Assembly: GCA_977017645.1 (NCBI GenBank)
Contig: OZ360242.1
Span: forward strand, 46,252,001-46,316,000
DNA: 64,000 bases
Direction of reading: 5' to 3'
DNA from: Torpedo marmorata
Taxonomy: Eukaryota
The position numbers and the translations under genes were made by a program. Shown here piece after piece: positions 1-13,158 of this stretch; the first letter of the stretch is position 1; every line of letters begins with the position of its first letter. The notes below the pieces were generated by a model. It worked only from the letters and a program-made list of their open reading frames with translations, ran no database searches and was not told the DNA's origin.

Positions 1-830
1 AAGTTCCACAGACTCACGGCCCTCTGGCTAAATAAATTTTTCCGCATCTGCTTTAAATTGATGCCCTTTTATCCTGAAGTTGTGCCCTCTTGTCCTAGAC
101 TCCCCTACCATTGGAAACAACCTTGCCACATCTACTCTGTCCAGGCCTTTCAACATTCAAAATGTCTCTATGAGGTCCCCCTCATCCTTCTGTACTCCAA
201 CGTGTACAGTCCAAGAACCGGCATATGCTAATGATAACCCTTTCATTCCTGGTATCATTTTAGTAAATCTTCTCTGAACCCTCTCCAATGCCAGCACATC
301 TTTTTTCAAATAAGGTGCCTAAAACTGTACACAGTACTCCAAGTGAGGTCTCACCAGTGCCCTATAGAGTCTCAAAATTACATACCCTGCTCTTATATGC
401 TATTCCTCTAGAAATGAATGCCAACATTGCATTCACCTTCTTCACCACCGACTCAACCTTTAGGGTATCCTGCACGAGGACTCCCAAGTACTCAAAGTAC
501 TACCTCCTCAAAATCCTCCAAACTCACCAGCAGGATCAGTGCAGAATCATCAGTGTCCTCTCCCAGGGCAACGGCTCCAATATCAAGGCCCTAATTTTAT
601 CATCATTTCGACCACATTTTAGCCCCAACAAATCCATGTCATACCAGATGAAAAGTTGCACTCTTTTAATTTGGGGTTCAATGAAAATGGAGGGCTGTTT
701 GGGAATGAGCATTCATGGAACCTCGATTTTTCAGAATGCACTGACCCCAGAACACAAGTGGACTTCACTTGCAGACCTAACCAGTACTATGACCAGCTCC
801 CCCCAGTGGTTATATCAATGTGTTTCTGGG
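1..830 (-). mobile_element. Degraded CR1-type LINE 3' fragments, with a short RTE-like piece at about 500-600 on +
   Basis: Reverse strand resembles the 3' region of the CR1 at 48900-49600. Confidence 0.6.
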
Positions 831-1114
831 GCATAAGCTTATTTAGTATTTACAAAAACATTCTGATATGACAAAATAATTATAGTTTCCAGTTAATGTA
901 GTATAATATTAATTCAATATCATTATCAATGGATCCTCTCAAAAATAAAAGTTTTCTTATTACACATTTTTTATTTTTTTCATAATCTCTCCACATATGA
1001 TAATGCTCCTCTGGATCGAAAACTATTTGTGTTGCACTGCAATTTAATGTTAAACGATCACTTTGCGGCCTGTTCGTACTCCTGACGTTATAATGAGATT
1101 TCTGCACGTGACAG

Positions 1115-1286
1115 TGCGGCTGAAGAAGGAAGAGAAGACCAGGCAGGAGCTGGAGAAGCTGAAGAGGAAGTTAGAGGGAGAAGGTTCAGACCTGCACGAA
1201 CAGCTGGCAGAACTTCAGCAGCAGATTGCGGAACTGAAGATGCAGCTTGCAAAGAAAGAGGAGGAATTACAAGCTGCAATGAATAG
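1115..1286 (+). CDS. MYH11: Myosin-11 rod exon ([15 protein letters not shown]...LQAAMNR)
   Basis: acag| acceptor and |gtgggg donor, 172 nt. Peptide resembles the smooth-muscle myosin rod. Confidence 0.93.
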
Positions 1287-2590
1287 GTGGGGGAGAAAGA
1301 CAAAATTCCAACCAGTTGCTCCATTGTTTCATTTTAAACATTTAAATCCTCCTTTCCACAAACAAATTGATACTCTGGTTATGAAGTTGGCTCCTTTTAT
1401 TGGACAGTTGAAAATGTGTTCTAATCAGTGATCAATATCCACCAGGATCTGGAGGGCACAAATCTATTTCCTTTTTACTGTTATTTCACGCTATGAATTT
1501 AGTTGTGTTTGATTGAAAATTGAATGTCAGTAACTTTATCAAAGCCATGCTCAATCAAAAATTAAACAATTAAATTCATTATGTTCTGATCACGTCAAAC
1601 TGCATTGGAGTTCACCTGATTTTCGAATGCTGATCTATTTCAAAGACATTATAAACTAACAGCTTTCAGCAATATTGAACTGCACTTTGTGATGACTTTG
1701 AATAGTATGTGATGGTAACTTCACAGCATTAGAAATTTCAGTACAGCCTGATTCAGTAATACAGTATCAATGTCAGCTCTGCATCAGAGTTAGCAACGTC
1801 CATATACTGTAATAACAGTTCCATGACCCATACAGAATTATTCGAAAATATTCACAAAGCATCACATAATTCACTAGTGGACAAAACTCTGTACTGTATA
1901 GAATCATCAGCACTTGTTTGTCTTCAGGTCATTCCCAATGTATATCAGATTCTGAATCTTTTGTTTCCCCCCACCCCCCCCCTCCCCCAAATGTTACAGC
2001 ACAAATCCCTGCGAACACCAGTGCTCTCATCCTTCATTTATTCAGCGTGGTTGTCCCATTTAATTCATCCATTTTACCCTTAATACCGCAGATCCCAATC
2101 TTGCCAAAGAATAATTTGAGTAGCTTTTTATCAAATGCATTTTGAAAACTCAAGCATACCAGATCCACCATATTCTCTTAATCAGGGTGAATAAAGACAC
2201 CAACACCAGGGCAGTATCTGTATCCACGTGAAGTTGCTCAGCTGCACAACCTAAGTATTGAATTTACACTTTGCTTTTCAACACAGTGCTGTCAATCTAC
2301 ATCCTGACTGCAGCAAGTTAATTAATTGCAACAACCACATAACTAACGGGAACCAGCTACACCCAGTGGGTTGTTCACCTTCTGTCCAGAAGATGTGGGA
2401 AGGACGGGGTTATAATTATAAACCCATTGAATTGGAAAAGCCGGGTCCATTGGAGTCTCATCTCATTATGTAAACTGAACTCTTTTTTTTTTCCAGGCAA
2501 ATTGTTCATCTTTTGTTGTGCTTGTTCTTCCAAGCCATGCTGCAAACTATGTTCAATATTCTGACTGGTATCACCCCAGGCAGTCTTTAA

Positions 2591-2953
<363 letters not shown>

Positions 2954-3226
2954 TGATGACAATACAAAAAACAAGTCTAAACATTTATCAAAGCAGAAGA
3001 ATAATGAGCTGAATATCAAATGATAGAGAGACATTCTACATAATGTTTAGACTATTAAATCTGTATGTTTAGCTATCATACAAAGTCCGAAAACTTAATA
3101 CAAAAATACATTTCATATGCAATATATTATTGATTAAATCTCTATGACAAAATAGAAAAAAAAAAGAAATGTCATTGTAATTTAGATGAGAAAATCCAGA
3201 TCATAACTTGCTTTTTACATTCATAG

Positions 3227-3371
3227 AGCTAAGAGAGAACATGAGGTCTCACAGATGAAACGAGCTTTGGAGGAAGAGACAAGGACACATGAGGCTCAAG
3301 TTCATGAAATGCGACAGAAGCATAGTCAAGCAATAGAAGAAGTTACAGAACAGTTGGAGCAAGCAAAACGG
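3227..3371 (+). CDS. MYH11: Myosin-11 rod exon ([12 protein letters not shown]...LEQAKR)
   Basis: atag|...|gtatgt, 145 nt. Translated by hand; not in the ORF track. Confidence 0.93.
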
Positions 3372-3426
3372 GTATGTGAGAAGCATAAGGCAAAAGGCAA
3401 CACTAAGTTTAAACACAACGTATAAG

Positions 3427-3777
3427 CAATGTTCCCTCTAATTTTTAGTAGTCAGTGTGCGCAAAAATCTTACGTTGTGCAAATTTTTTTCCTGTGACAA
3501 AAGTATGTGCGCACTGAATGCTTGTGCAAATGTAAACTTGAAATTGCTTCAAGATAATTTTGGCCCAGCCTATCTCTCATGGCAAATAAAACTGTATTGG
3601 CATGTTTTAATATAATACAAGTATGATTGCATTCTACGAAGTAACGTATTTAGTTAAGATTTTATTCTATACTTTGAACTAGGTAACTAACCTTTTGTGC
3701 GCACATTAATTTCCTTTGTGCGCTGGTTGCAAAACGTGTGTGCGCGCGCACACATGCACAGCTTAGAGGGAACAGTG
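3427..3777. mobile_element. Non-autonomous hAT element (MITE)
   Basis: TIRs caatgttccctctaa / ttagagggaacagtg; 8-bp TSD cgtataag / cgtataac (7/8 match). Confidence 0.8.
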
Positions 3778-4029
3778 CGTATAACAGTTAGCATCTCAAA
3801 TATCATCGGCAAAACACAGGTAGTATTTAAAGAGAACAGGAAGGAAAGAGTACATTAAAGTAATTGGGCAAGGATAATGAAATTGTGGCAGGAAAGAATA
3901 GAGTATATAAAGGGCACTAACAAGTAGGGTCAGTCCTGATAATGAAAAGAAAATTACAAAGACAAATCATACAAAATAGACATGGTACAAAAAAGCTTGA
4001 TTTCCAACACTGACAAATGTAAATGAGCA

Positions 4030-4590
4030 GTGTCTGAATGCACGTAAAATTCATAACAAGGCAGATGAATTAACAGCCAAAATAGATGTAAAAGAAAGTG
4101 ATATTATTGCCATGATGGACATACGTTTGCTGGATGACCAAGACTGGGCAATGAATATCCAAGGATGTTCAGTACTTAGGAAGGACAGGCAAAATGGAAA
4201 AAGAGATGGGCTGGTGTTGTTCATAAAGAATGAAATTAGAATAATAGTGAGAAAGGACATTGGCTACAAAATCAAGATGTCTGGCCAATCTGTAGAAAGA
4301 AAGCTTCCCCAGACTTGGGGTCGAGTCGGTGTCAAGATACAGGAGAAGACATTTAAGATTGAGCTGAGGAGAAATGTCTTCATGTGAACCCATGAAAAGC
4401 TCCACCACAGACTTTTGTTGAGGCCAAATCACTGAATACGATTGGAGAAATAGATTGATTTCCAGACACAAAAAGTACCAAAGGGAATGTGGAGAAAGTA
4501 GGAATGTGATACGAAGGAGAGGATTTGCCAATGATTGTATTGAATGGCAATCAGGCTCACAGGACCAAATGGACTACACCTGCTTCTGAT
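4030..4590 (+). mobile_element. Internally deleted CR1 (APE endonuclease N-terminus joined to a 3' end)
   Basis: NARKIHNKADEL...DWAMNIQG...RKDR..G.L peptide followed by a CR1-like 3' tail. Confidence 0.65.
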
Positions 4591-4646
4591 TTTCTAAACT
4601 ATTTTTAACTATTTATACATAAACGAATGTTCTCTACCTTCTGCAG

Positions 4647-4853
4647 GCTAAGGCCAACCTTGAGAAAAACAAACAGGCCCTCGAGAAGGAAAATAATGAG
4701 CTCTCAAATGAGGTCAGGGTGTTGTCCACAGGCAAAGCAGAACTGGACCACAAAAAGAAAAAGCTGGAGAACCAGGTTCAGGAGTTCCAAGTGAAGGTGG
4801 CTGACGGAGAACGTGCTCGAACTGAGCTCAATGATAGAGTGCACAAGTTACAG
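4647..4853 (+). CDS. MYH11: Myosin-11 rod exon ([10 protein letters not shown]...RVHKLQ)
   Basis: gcag|...|gtacta, 207 nt. Confidence 0.94.
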
Positions 4854-5139
4854 GTACTACTTGCACAACGTTTTTGTGTAATTGTTCAAATATTTGTGAC
4901 AGTAATTTTTTAAACTTATTTCAATGGAGTTTAACCCCTGTCAAACTATGCAAGTTAGCATTCTTTTTGTGAATTGGTGCCGAGGAGAAATTTTCTATCA
5001 CATACAGTCAAGTCACCTTTATTTGTCGTTCATTAGCATATACACAGTAAGACGAGATAGCGTTTCTCCAGGACCATGGGCAGATGTACATAAATATCAT
5101 AATACAATAAAAATAACTATAACATGCTAATACACATAT

Positions 5140-6090
5140 ATATCTAGGAATTGAGGAGCCTGATGGCTTGGGGGAAAAAACTGTTGCACAGTCTGGACGT
5201 ACGAGCCTGAGTGCTTCGGTACCTCCTTCCAGATGGCAAAAGGGAAAACAGTTTACCAAAGGGGTGTGAGAAGTCCTTCACAATGTTATTAGCCTTCCTC
5301 ATGCATCGTGTGTTGTAGATGTCCGTCATGGTGGGGAGAGCGACACCAATAATTTTCTCCGCTGACCCCACTATCCTCTGCAGGGTATTTCGATCCGAGA
5401 TGGTACAGTTTCCAAACCAAGCGGTGATGCAATTGCTCAGAATACTCTCAATACATCCCCTGTGGAATGTAGTAAGGATAGGGGGTGGAAGATGAACTTT
5501 CCTCAGCCTTCGCAGGAAGTAAAGAAGCTGCTGGGCTTTCTTGACTATGGAACTGGTGTTGAGGGACTACGTGAGACTCTCCGCCAAGTGCACTCCAAGA
5601 AACTTGGTACTCTTTACGACGTCAACGGTAGAGCCATCCATGGTCAATGGAGAATGATCCCCCCGGGCCCTTCTGAAGTCGACAACCAACTCTTTCATTT
5701 TGTTTACATTCAGATGCAGGTTGTTGGCTCTGCACCATTCCATTAGCGACTGCACCTCATCTCTGTATGCTGACTCATTGTTCTTGCTGATAAGGCCCAC
5801 CACGGTCGTATCATCAGCGAACTTGATGATGTGATTCGAGCTGTGTTTTGCTGCACAGTCATGAGTCAGCAGGGTGAACAGCAATGGACTAAGCACACAG
5901 CCCTGGGGAGCCCCCGTGCTGAATGTAATGACCTTAGATGTGCTGTTTCCAATCCGGACTGCCTGAGGTCTTCCCGTCAGGAAATCTAGAATCCAACTAC
6001 AGAGGGTGTTGTTTAGGCCCAGCCCGCTCAACTTCCCTATCAGGTACTGAGGTATGATCGTGTTGAATGCCGAGCTGAAATGTTCATAGA
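5140..6090 (-). mobile_element. Rex1/Babar-type LINE RT fragment
   Basis: [32 protein letters not shown] and LLPSGRRYRS motifs; interrupted by stops. Confidence 0.88.
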
Positions 6091-6894
6091 ACAGAACAGA
6101 GGATGTTTTATTTTGTCAAAAGATTTCAAAAATAAATCTGTGCACTCCGGCAAGCTCAGGATGTTTAGTGTTTTACCAAGCCACATAGATCAAGTTCAAT
6201 GCTTTGCTGGGTTAGATTACCACGTTTTCAATGCTTTGTTGTGTTAAGTTACCCCATTACCAGTTGAATGGAAAACAAAATCTGACAGCTTTCATAACCT
6301 ATTGACAGCTTGGTCATTAACCATTGACCTAATGGGAAGTCCATTCCACAGAGAGGATGTTATTAGCTCTGTTCATCACGTACCTTCCCTGCTTGCATCT
6401 ATTTGAATGTGTTGGATTGTTATTTATTTATTGTATGGCATAGGAGCATCACACTCTTCTAACGAACTCAAAAAGTAAAAACACATGTATTAACTTATCT
6501 AGTCATGCAGGAAGTCTTTCTGAAATCTGTCAGAGTTCCATTAGGTTGCCTTCAAACAGTATTCCAAGTATTCAGATGTAACAAGGCAAACTTCAAAGTT
6601 TGCCACGCACTCGCTATGGAGAATTTATAATCTTCCACCAATGCTGCAGCTTCCTTGTCTGTTTCAGATTCAACTGAGGGATGCCTTTTCTTTCCTGGGT
6701 CAGTTGAATTCAATAGGTTTAATTGCTGAATGTGTGATCATTGGTATTGTCTCATTCACACCTGTGAAAAATATTTGCAAGCATCTGTACTCAACGTGAA
6801 TCAATTCTTTGGGAAAAGGAGAAAATTAAATTGATACACAAGCAAAAATAAATGACATAATTAATTACATATTTTTATCTTCTCTTTCCAATAG

Positions 6895-6999
6895 AATGAG
6901 CTTGACAATGTTACCTCCATACTCAATGAAGCTGAAGGTAAATCAATTAAGCTTGCAAAGGATGTGTCAAGTCTTAGTTCCCAGCTTCAGGACACACAG
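6895..6999 (+). CDS. MYH11: Myosin-11 rod exon (NELDNVTS...QLQDTQ)
   Basis: Polypyrimidine tract + atag|...|gtaact, 105 nt. Confidence 0.93.
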
Positions 7000-7306
7000 G
7001 TAACTGAGATATTTTACAAGCCCATATGATTAGTATAAGGAATGTAGAATAAATAAACATATTTCTTCATCAATAACTTTAAAAATATAAACCAAATTAC
7101 TCAAGTTTTTCTCCTTTCAACCTACATAAATGTTTTAATCACAAAACAACCTCCCTAAAGAAATTTATAATCTCAAAAGTAAATTCCTGGAACCACGTGT
7201 TCTGTTTAATAATTAAACATATTGAATAAAGAATAGATTTTATTATATTGATCTGTTAAGCTATACTCCAGATTTCTCAAGAGGCATTTTCATTGTTGTT
7301 CTACAG

Positions 7307-7459
7307 GAACTACTCCAGGAAGAGACTCGGCAAAAATTGAATTTATCCACCCGTTTGCGGCAGTTAGACGATGACAGAAACAGCCTCCAAGAGCAGTTGG
7401 ATGAAGAGGGTGAAGCCAGGAGAAACCTGGAACGCCAGATATCCACTTTGACAATGCAG
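7307..7459 (+). CDS. MYH11: Myosin-11 rod exon ([12 protein letters not shown]...ISTLTMQ)
   Basis: acag|...|gtgcac, 153 nt. Confidence 0.93.
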
Positions 7460-7685
7460 GTGCACAGAGCCTTGTCAGTTTCATTTGTACCAGTCTACAA
7501 CATGGGGGCAGGACCCTTGCAGCCAGAAGATGCCATTTATTATCTGCAAGCTAAATTGCAAATTTGTTCATTTCAATGCACATTTTTAACCTGAGAAAGA
7601 AAATTACTTGCCATGCATCGATCCATTAAGTTGCTTTTAAATTTAAATTTTAAATTTTCAAACATTTTAAATGTAATTTTTTTTT

Positions 7686-7933
7686 AAATTTAAATTTAGA
7701 CATACAGCACGGTAACAGGCCCTTCCAGCCCATGAGCCCGTGCCGCCCAAATACACCAATTAACCTACAACCCCGGTACTTTTTGAAAGGTGGGAGAAAA
7801 GCGGAGCCCCCGGAGAAAACCCACGCAGACACGGGGAGAACGTACAAACTCCTTACAGACAGCACCGTATTCAAACCCAGGTCGCTGGCGCTGTAACAGC
7901 GTTGCTCCAACCCCTACGCTAACCGTGCCGCCC
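7686..7933 (-). mobile_element. tRNA-derived V-SINE copy
   Basis: tRNA-like head gggcggcacggttagcg and central gtttgtacgttctccccgtgtctgcgtgggt domain; seven related copies in the window. Confidence 0.8.
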
Positions 7934-8254
7934 TTTGATTGAAATTATAGAGATTTATTGGAATATTAATGAAAGAGCACTTATTTTCCACCCCAAAACA
8001 TGGTCCCTATATCATTTATGATAAAACTAGTGATTACACATAGAATAACTTTTTATCTATATTATTGACATTCTTCCATAAGTTAACACCAACTATTCTT
8101 TGAATATATTTAGAATTAATTTTTGTTACTTTCCAGTTTGTGGGATCCTGTTGAATGGACAATTGTCTGCAAAATGATGTGTTGTACTTTAGAAATAACT
8201 TGCATTACATGTTCAACAAGTTCCATAGTATTTTGTTCATTGATTTCCTTGTAG

Positions 8255-8503
8255 CTGTCAGATGCCAAGAAGAAATTAAATGATGATGCCGTCACATTAG
8301 AGGGTCTTGAGGAAGGAAAGAAGAAACTTCAGAGGGAAATTGAAGCAATCACTCAGAACTTTGAAGAAAAGGCAGCAGCTTATGACAAGCTGGAGAAGAC
8401 AAAGAACAGGCTGCAGCAGGAGCTTGACGACCTTCTGGTGGACCTAGACAACCAGAGACAACTAGTTTCCAATCTGGAGAAGAAACAAAAGAAATTTGAT
8501 CAG
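8255..8503 (+). CDS. MYH11: Myosin-11 rod exon (LSDAKKK...KQKKFDQ)
   Basis: gtag|...|gtcaaa, 249 nt. Contains [16 protein letters not shown]. Confidence 0.94.
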
Positions 8504-8835
8504 GTCAAACATCTTTGCAGAACAAATCATTTGTACTTGCCAATTCAAGATACTGGAAATATTCTTTGAAGAGTTTTTACAAACTTAATAAACCTTCCTT
8601 CATAATAGCTTTATTAAATAAAAATACAGTAAAGCTTGTTAACCATGCAATTTTTTCAATGTTATTCTTTTAATACATTGAGAACAAGTACAATCACTTA
8701 TTTTTCAGTATTAAATTTTAATCTTACATGTGTTATTCTATACATAAAATACAGTAAAATTAATACCCAAGATTGGTCTAAAATAACTTTAATTACGGTA
8801 TTTGCAGTTAAGACATGTTATCTTCATTCTTTCAG

Positions 8836-9048
8836 CTACTGGCAGAAGAGAAGAATATCTCTGCTAAATTTGCAGATGAAAGGGATAGGGCAGAAGCTGA
8901 TGCTCGAGAAAAGGAGACTAAAGTCCTGGCATTGACACGTGCTTTGGATGAGGCTCTGTCATCCAAGGAAGACCTGGAGAGGGTCAACAAGCAATTGCGA
9001 GCTGAGATGGAAGACATTGTGAGCTCCAAAGATGATGTAGGAAAGAAT
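8836..9048 (+). CDS. MYH11: Myosin-11 rod exon (LLAEEKNIS...DDVGKN)
   Basis: tcag|...|gtaagt, 213 nt. Confidence 0.95.
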
Positions 9049-9653
9049 GTAAGTGCAGCATAATCAACAACAATCATGCTTCTTTGTAGATCACCTTTTA
9101 ATGTAGCGATGTGCCCCAGGAAATTTCACAGGAGAATCATTCAATAAAAGTTCATACAGAGCTACATAAGGAGACAATAGAACAGATCACCAAAAGCTTC
9201 ATCAAGGAGGTAGTGTTCAAGTCGCAATATAGAGAGAAAGGGAAGTGGAGTGAATTCCAGAACTCATCAGTGAAGGTTCAATCATTAGTGATGGCCTTTT
9301 TAATTCAGGGATGGCCATAAGGCCACAACTGGAATTCCATGGATACCTTAGAGAGCTATGCAACTCAGGGCAATATACTGCAGAGTTAAGGAGAGATGAG
9401 GCAGGAAAAGTACTTGGAACTTAAAAGTAAATCTTGACGGGTGCTTGTATATTTTTCACAATCCTCACCCAATTATGAATGCCAAGAAAACATTTGTTCT
9501 TTGGTATGTTTAGGAAGGCATTTTCTAGTATCTCATAAATTGAAAGCACACTTTTGTTCTTAAAATGTGATGTGTGCATTTGGGAAACAAAACCATTTTT
9601 CCTTGAATATACTGGCTCAAATAATTCATTGCCTATCTCTCTCTGCAATTAAG

Positions 9654-9866
9654 GTCCATGATCTGGAGAAATCTAAACGTACCTTGGAACAACAAGTGGA
9701 GGAGATGAAGACCCAGTTGGAAGAGCTTGAGGATGAGCTCCAGGCTACAGAGGATGCCAAACTAAGATTAGAAGTCAATTTGCAAGCCCTGAAAGCACAG
9801 TTTGATCGTGATTTGCAGGCCCGCGATGAGCAGAATGAAGAAAAGAGGAGGCAGCTTGTTAAGCAG
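9654..9866 (+). CDS. MYH11: Myosin-11 rod exon (VHDLEKSKR...QLVKQ)
   Basis: taag|...|gtaaaa, 213 nt. Confidence 0.94.
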
Positions 9867-10109
9867 GTAAAATAATCAGCCAAAATTGAATTAACTTTCT
9901 CACCCAGAGAGTGATAAGTAACTAAAATGCACTGCCAGGGAAAATGATGGGAGCTGAGTCACCAACAAGATTTGTGTCGAGATGAGCAATGGAATTGCCT
10001 TAGCATAGAAGGCTATGGGCCAAGTGCTGGAAAATGGGTATCCACTGGTCAGTATGGAGGTGGAGGGCTGAATGGCCTGTATCCATGCTGTACGATTCCG
10101 AATTTATTT

Positions 10110-10326
10110 TATTTATTTACAGCATGGTAGAAGCCGATTCTGGCCATTTAAAACCGTGCCAGCCAATTTCACCCAAATTAACCTAAAACCCTGTAAGGTT
10201 TGGAGGAGAAAACCCACGCAGACATGGGGACAACATACATACTCCTTACAGACAGCACCAGATTCAAACCCGAGTCGCTGCCGCTATAATAGCGTCGCGC
10301 TAACCGCTATGCTAACCGTGCCACCC
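10110..10326 (-). mobile_element. V-SINE copy (partly deleted), next to a CR1 3' fragment at about 9890-10095
   Basis: Similar to 7686-7933. Confidence 0.75.
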
Positions 10327-10410
10327 AAATGTAAGGAACAAATAAATTTCTGAAATTAGGAACGGGGAACAAAAGTTAAAGTCATTACATCAAACTTTAT
10401 TTACATTTAG

Positions 10411-10572
10411 GTGCACGAGCTTGAAGGGGAACTGGAAGACGAACGCAAACAGCGCACAGTGGTGGCGGCTGCCAAGAAGAAGCTGGAAATCGACTTAAAT
10501 GACCTTGAAGGCCAGGTGGAAGTTGCCATTAAGGGCCGTGAGGAGGCCATAAAGCAGCTGAAAAAACTACAG
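10411..10572 (+). CDS. MYH11: Myosin-11 rod exon ([13 protein letters not shown]...LKKLQ)
   Basis: ttag|...|gtgaat, 162 nt. Confidence 0.94.
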
Positions 10573-10684
10573 GTGAATGATTGAAACATGGATAACATGA
10601 ATTGTTTCTAAAATAATTGATTGTACGCATAAAGGACTGATGGTTTGAATAGTTCAGTTAAACAGTTTTGGCTTCATTCAACAG

Positions 10685-10813
10685 GCCCAGACGAAAGATT
10701 ACCAGCGTGAACTTGAGGATGCCCGCAACGCCAGGGAAGAGGTCCTGGCCCAGGCCAAAGAGAATGAGAAGAAAAACAAGAGTCTGGAGGCAGAGCTCCT
10801 CCAACTCCAGGAG
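10685..10813 (+). CDS. MYH11: Myosin-11 rod exon (AQTKDYQRE...LLQLQE)
   Basis: acag|...|gtgagc, 129 nt. Confidence 0.94.
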
Positions 10814-11633
10814 GTGAGCATCATAAAGAGCATCGCCAAAGCATCTGCCCTTTTTCCTCTTTAATCTGAATACTCTTCTTCATCGGGTATTGCAGGACTC
10901 CAAACTAAGATAGCATGATCATATTTTCCGAAATCAAATCCAGGAGTTCAGTGAGACAGTACCACCAGGAAGGAAAGATTGTATTGCACAATGCAATTGC
11001 CTGTACCTGTATTTCAAATATTGCAAACTGTAAATGCAAAATAAAAAATGTGCATTTAATTTACCCAGACAGGAAATCACACTATCCGATTCAGACCCCT
11101 TTTAAAAATTATAAAATGATACTCTTCAGACTAATACCACTATCATGGGTCTTTATTTGCCAATAAATGATGTAGGGTGTGCTGGATACAGATTCCCATT
11201 AAGTATTAGTTGTGCAGTCTCCTGTCCTCTCTCCTCAACTGCAACCATGTCTACTGCAGATCTTCCCTTCACTTCATCCTACTTGCAAAATTTAACTTTG
11301 CTGTGCCTTTAATAAAAGTGACTGAGTGTGAATCTCCGCTGATAGTGTCTGTCATAACGGTCCCATTCTATCCATGCCAATCATTTTGTGCTATACAATG
11401 TGCCCTAATCTCCTGCTAATTCCCATGAGCCCTGCAATTTTTACTGCCTTCAAACATTTTATCCAAAACATAATATGTATAATATTTAATGCCTAATAAT
11501 TAAACCCGAGAAAGTAGTTAAAGCTTAAACGTTCAACCGGAGCAGTTCTATGTGATTATCACAATAATGCCTCCAATGTGTAATTGGAGTTCTTCCTTTG
11601 TTTCAATTAATTACTTCCCCCTTCTTCAACAAG

Positions 11634-11722
11634 GATTTGGCAGCTGCAGAACGGGCTCGCCGCCATGCTGAGCAGGAGAAAGAGGAATTTGCTGAGGAGT
11701 TAGCAGGCAACATCTCTGGAAA
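11634..11722 (+). CDS. MYH11: Myosin-11 rod exon (DLAAAERARR...ISGK)
   Basis: caag|...|gtatgt, 89 nt. Confidence 0.93.
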
Positions 11723-12033
11723 GTATGTATTGAGAAGATCCTCATTTCTCTATACTCCTGCTAAAAGGCATCTTGCTATTGATATTCTTTTAAAATAATT
11801 TGCTTTAAAACATCAATAACATACGTAAATTGTATGTTATGGACTTGTTTCCAAACCCTTTCTGACAACTTTATATTCTATTGAATAAATCGAATAGCAC
11901 AGACACTGGTCCTTGAGTCCATGACACATGCACCGAACATGACTGCAAAATTAACCTAAATTTCTCCTACCTGCACATGATTCATCTCCGTCTGTTCCTT
12001 CCATATTCACAGCCCTAACTAACAGCCTCTTGA

Positions 12034-12883
12034 CAGTGGCGTATTAACAATTAGGCTCACTAGGCTGAAGCCTAGGGGCCCGGAGGTTAAGGGGGCCCGT
12101 CAAACAACAATTAAAATGTTACTTTAACGATGCCAAAGGGAACCAAGCCACAATATTAAAAGTATTTTAAAATTGCAAAACTTGTAGCTTTCAACGCTCT
12201 TGTCGATTGGCTTTCACCTATTCACTGAAATCAAAAAACAACGGGCCCGCTCAGGGCGACGGCTCAATGCGGGATCAATGGCCATCTTCATTACCCATAA
12301 TCCCCCATGCAGCTGGAACTGCTCTGCGTTTCCCTGGCGCTGGCAATGGCAGAGCGGTTCCAGCTGCATGGGGGATTATAGGTAATGAAGACGGCCATTG
12401 ATCCCACATTGATGCCGCCACTGCAGTTCTTCCGCTCCTGGCCACTTCCAGCTGCACGGATGACGGCGGTATGGAAGAGTTTGTGGTTGTATTGAGGCTC
12501 CGGTACCGTCACGGCTTGACTTGGGTCCACCGTTTGGCCCCCCTCCCCGGCCCGGTCAGCCCCTCCCACTCAGCCCGGTCAGCAGCCCCTGCACTCAGCT
12601 GGCCTAGGGCGCAAAATAGTCTGGCACTGGCCCTGGCTGCAGCGGCCCCAAAGCGGCCCAATGAAGTGCCGGAGCAGCACTCCGGTGAGCTCCGGCAGCA
12701 CTGCACCCCTGATTGGAGACATTAAATTTGAGACAGGAATCGAAAACATAATAAAATGTGTAGTTGCTTCAGTGATGCTAGTGCTGTGGGTGGGCATGGC
12801 CCGCGAATGCCCCCTCATGACGCCGACCCTGGGGCCTTACTAAAGCTCAGCCAAGGGCCCAGGTGGTAGTTAATCTGCCACTG
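12034..12883. mobile_element. Non-autonomous hAT element inserted in a CR1 3' fragment
   Basis: TIRs cagtggcgtattaac / gttaatctgccactg; perfect 8-bp TSD cctcttga at 12026-12033 and 12884-12891. Confidence 0.88.
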
Positions 12884-13158
12884 CCTCTTGAACACTTATC
12901 GTATCTGCTTACACCACTACCACTGGCAGCCTGTTCCAGGCACCCACCACTTGGTGTAAAAAAAAACTGTTTTAAACTCCAACCCACCCCCCATCCCCTC
13001 ACCTTAATATACCTCCTTTAGTATTAGGCATTTTTACTCTGGGAATGGTAGCTTGTTTCATCGCATTATAAACATTTTTTGGACTCTCAATTTTCGGAAG
13101 TAGAAAATAATTTCAATTGTCTGGAATTCAGAATTATCACTAACTGTTATGAGAAGTA

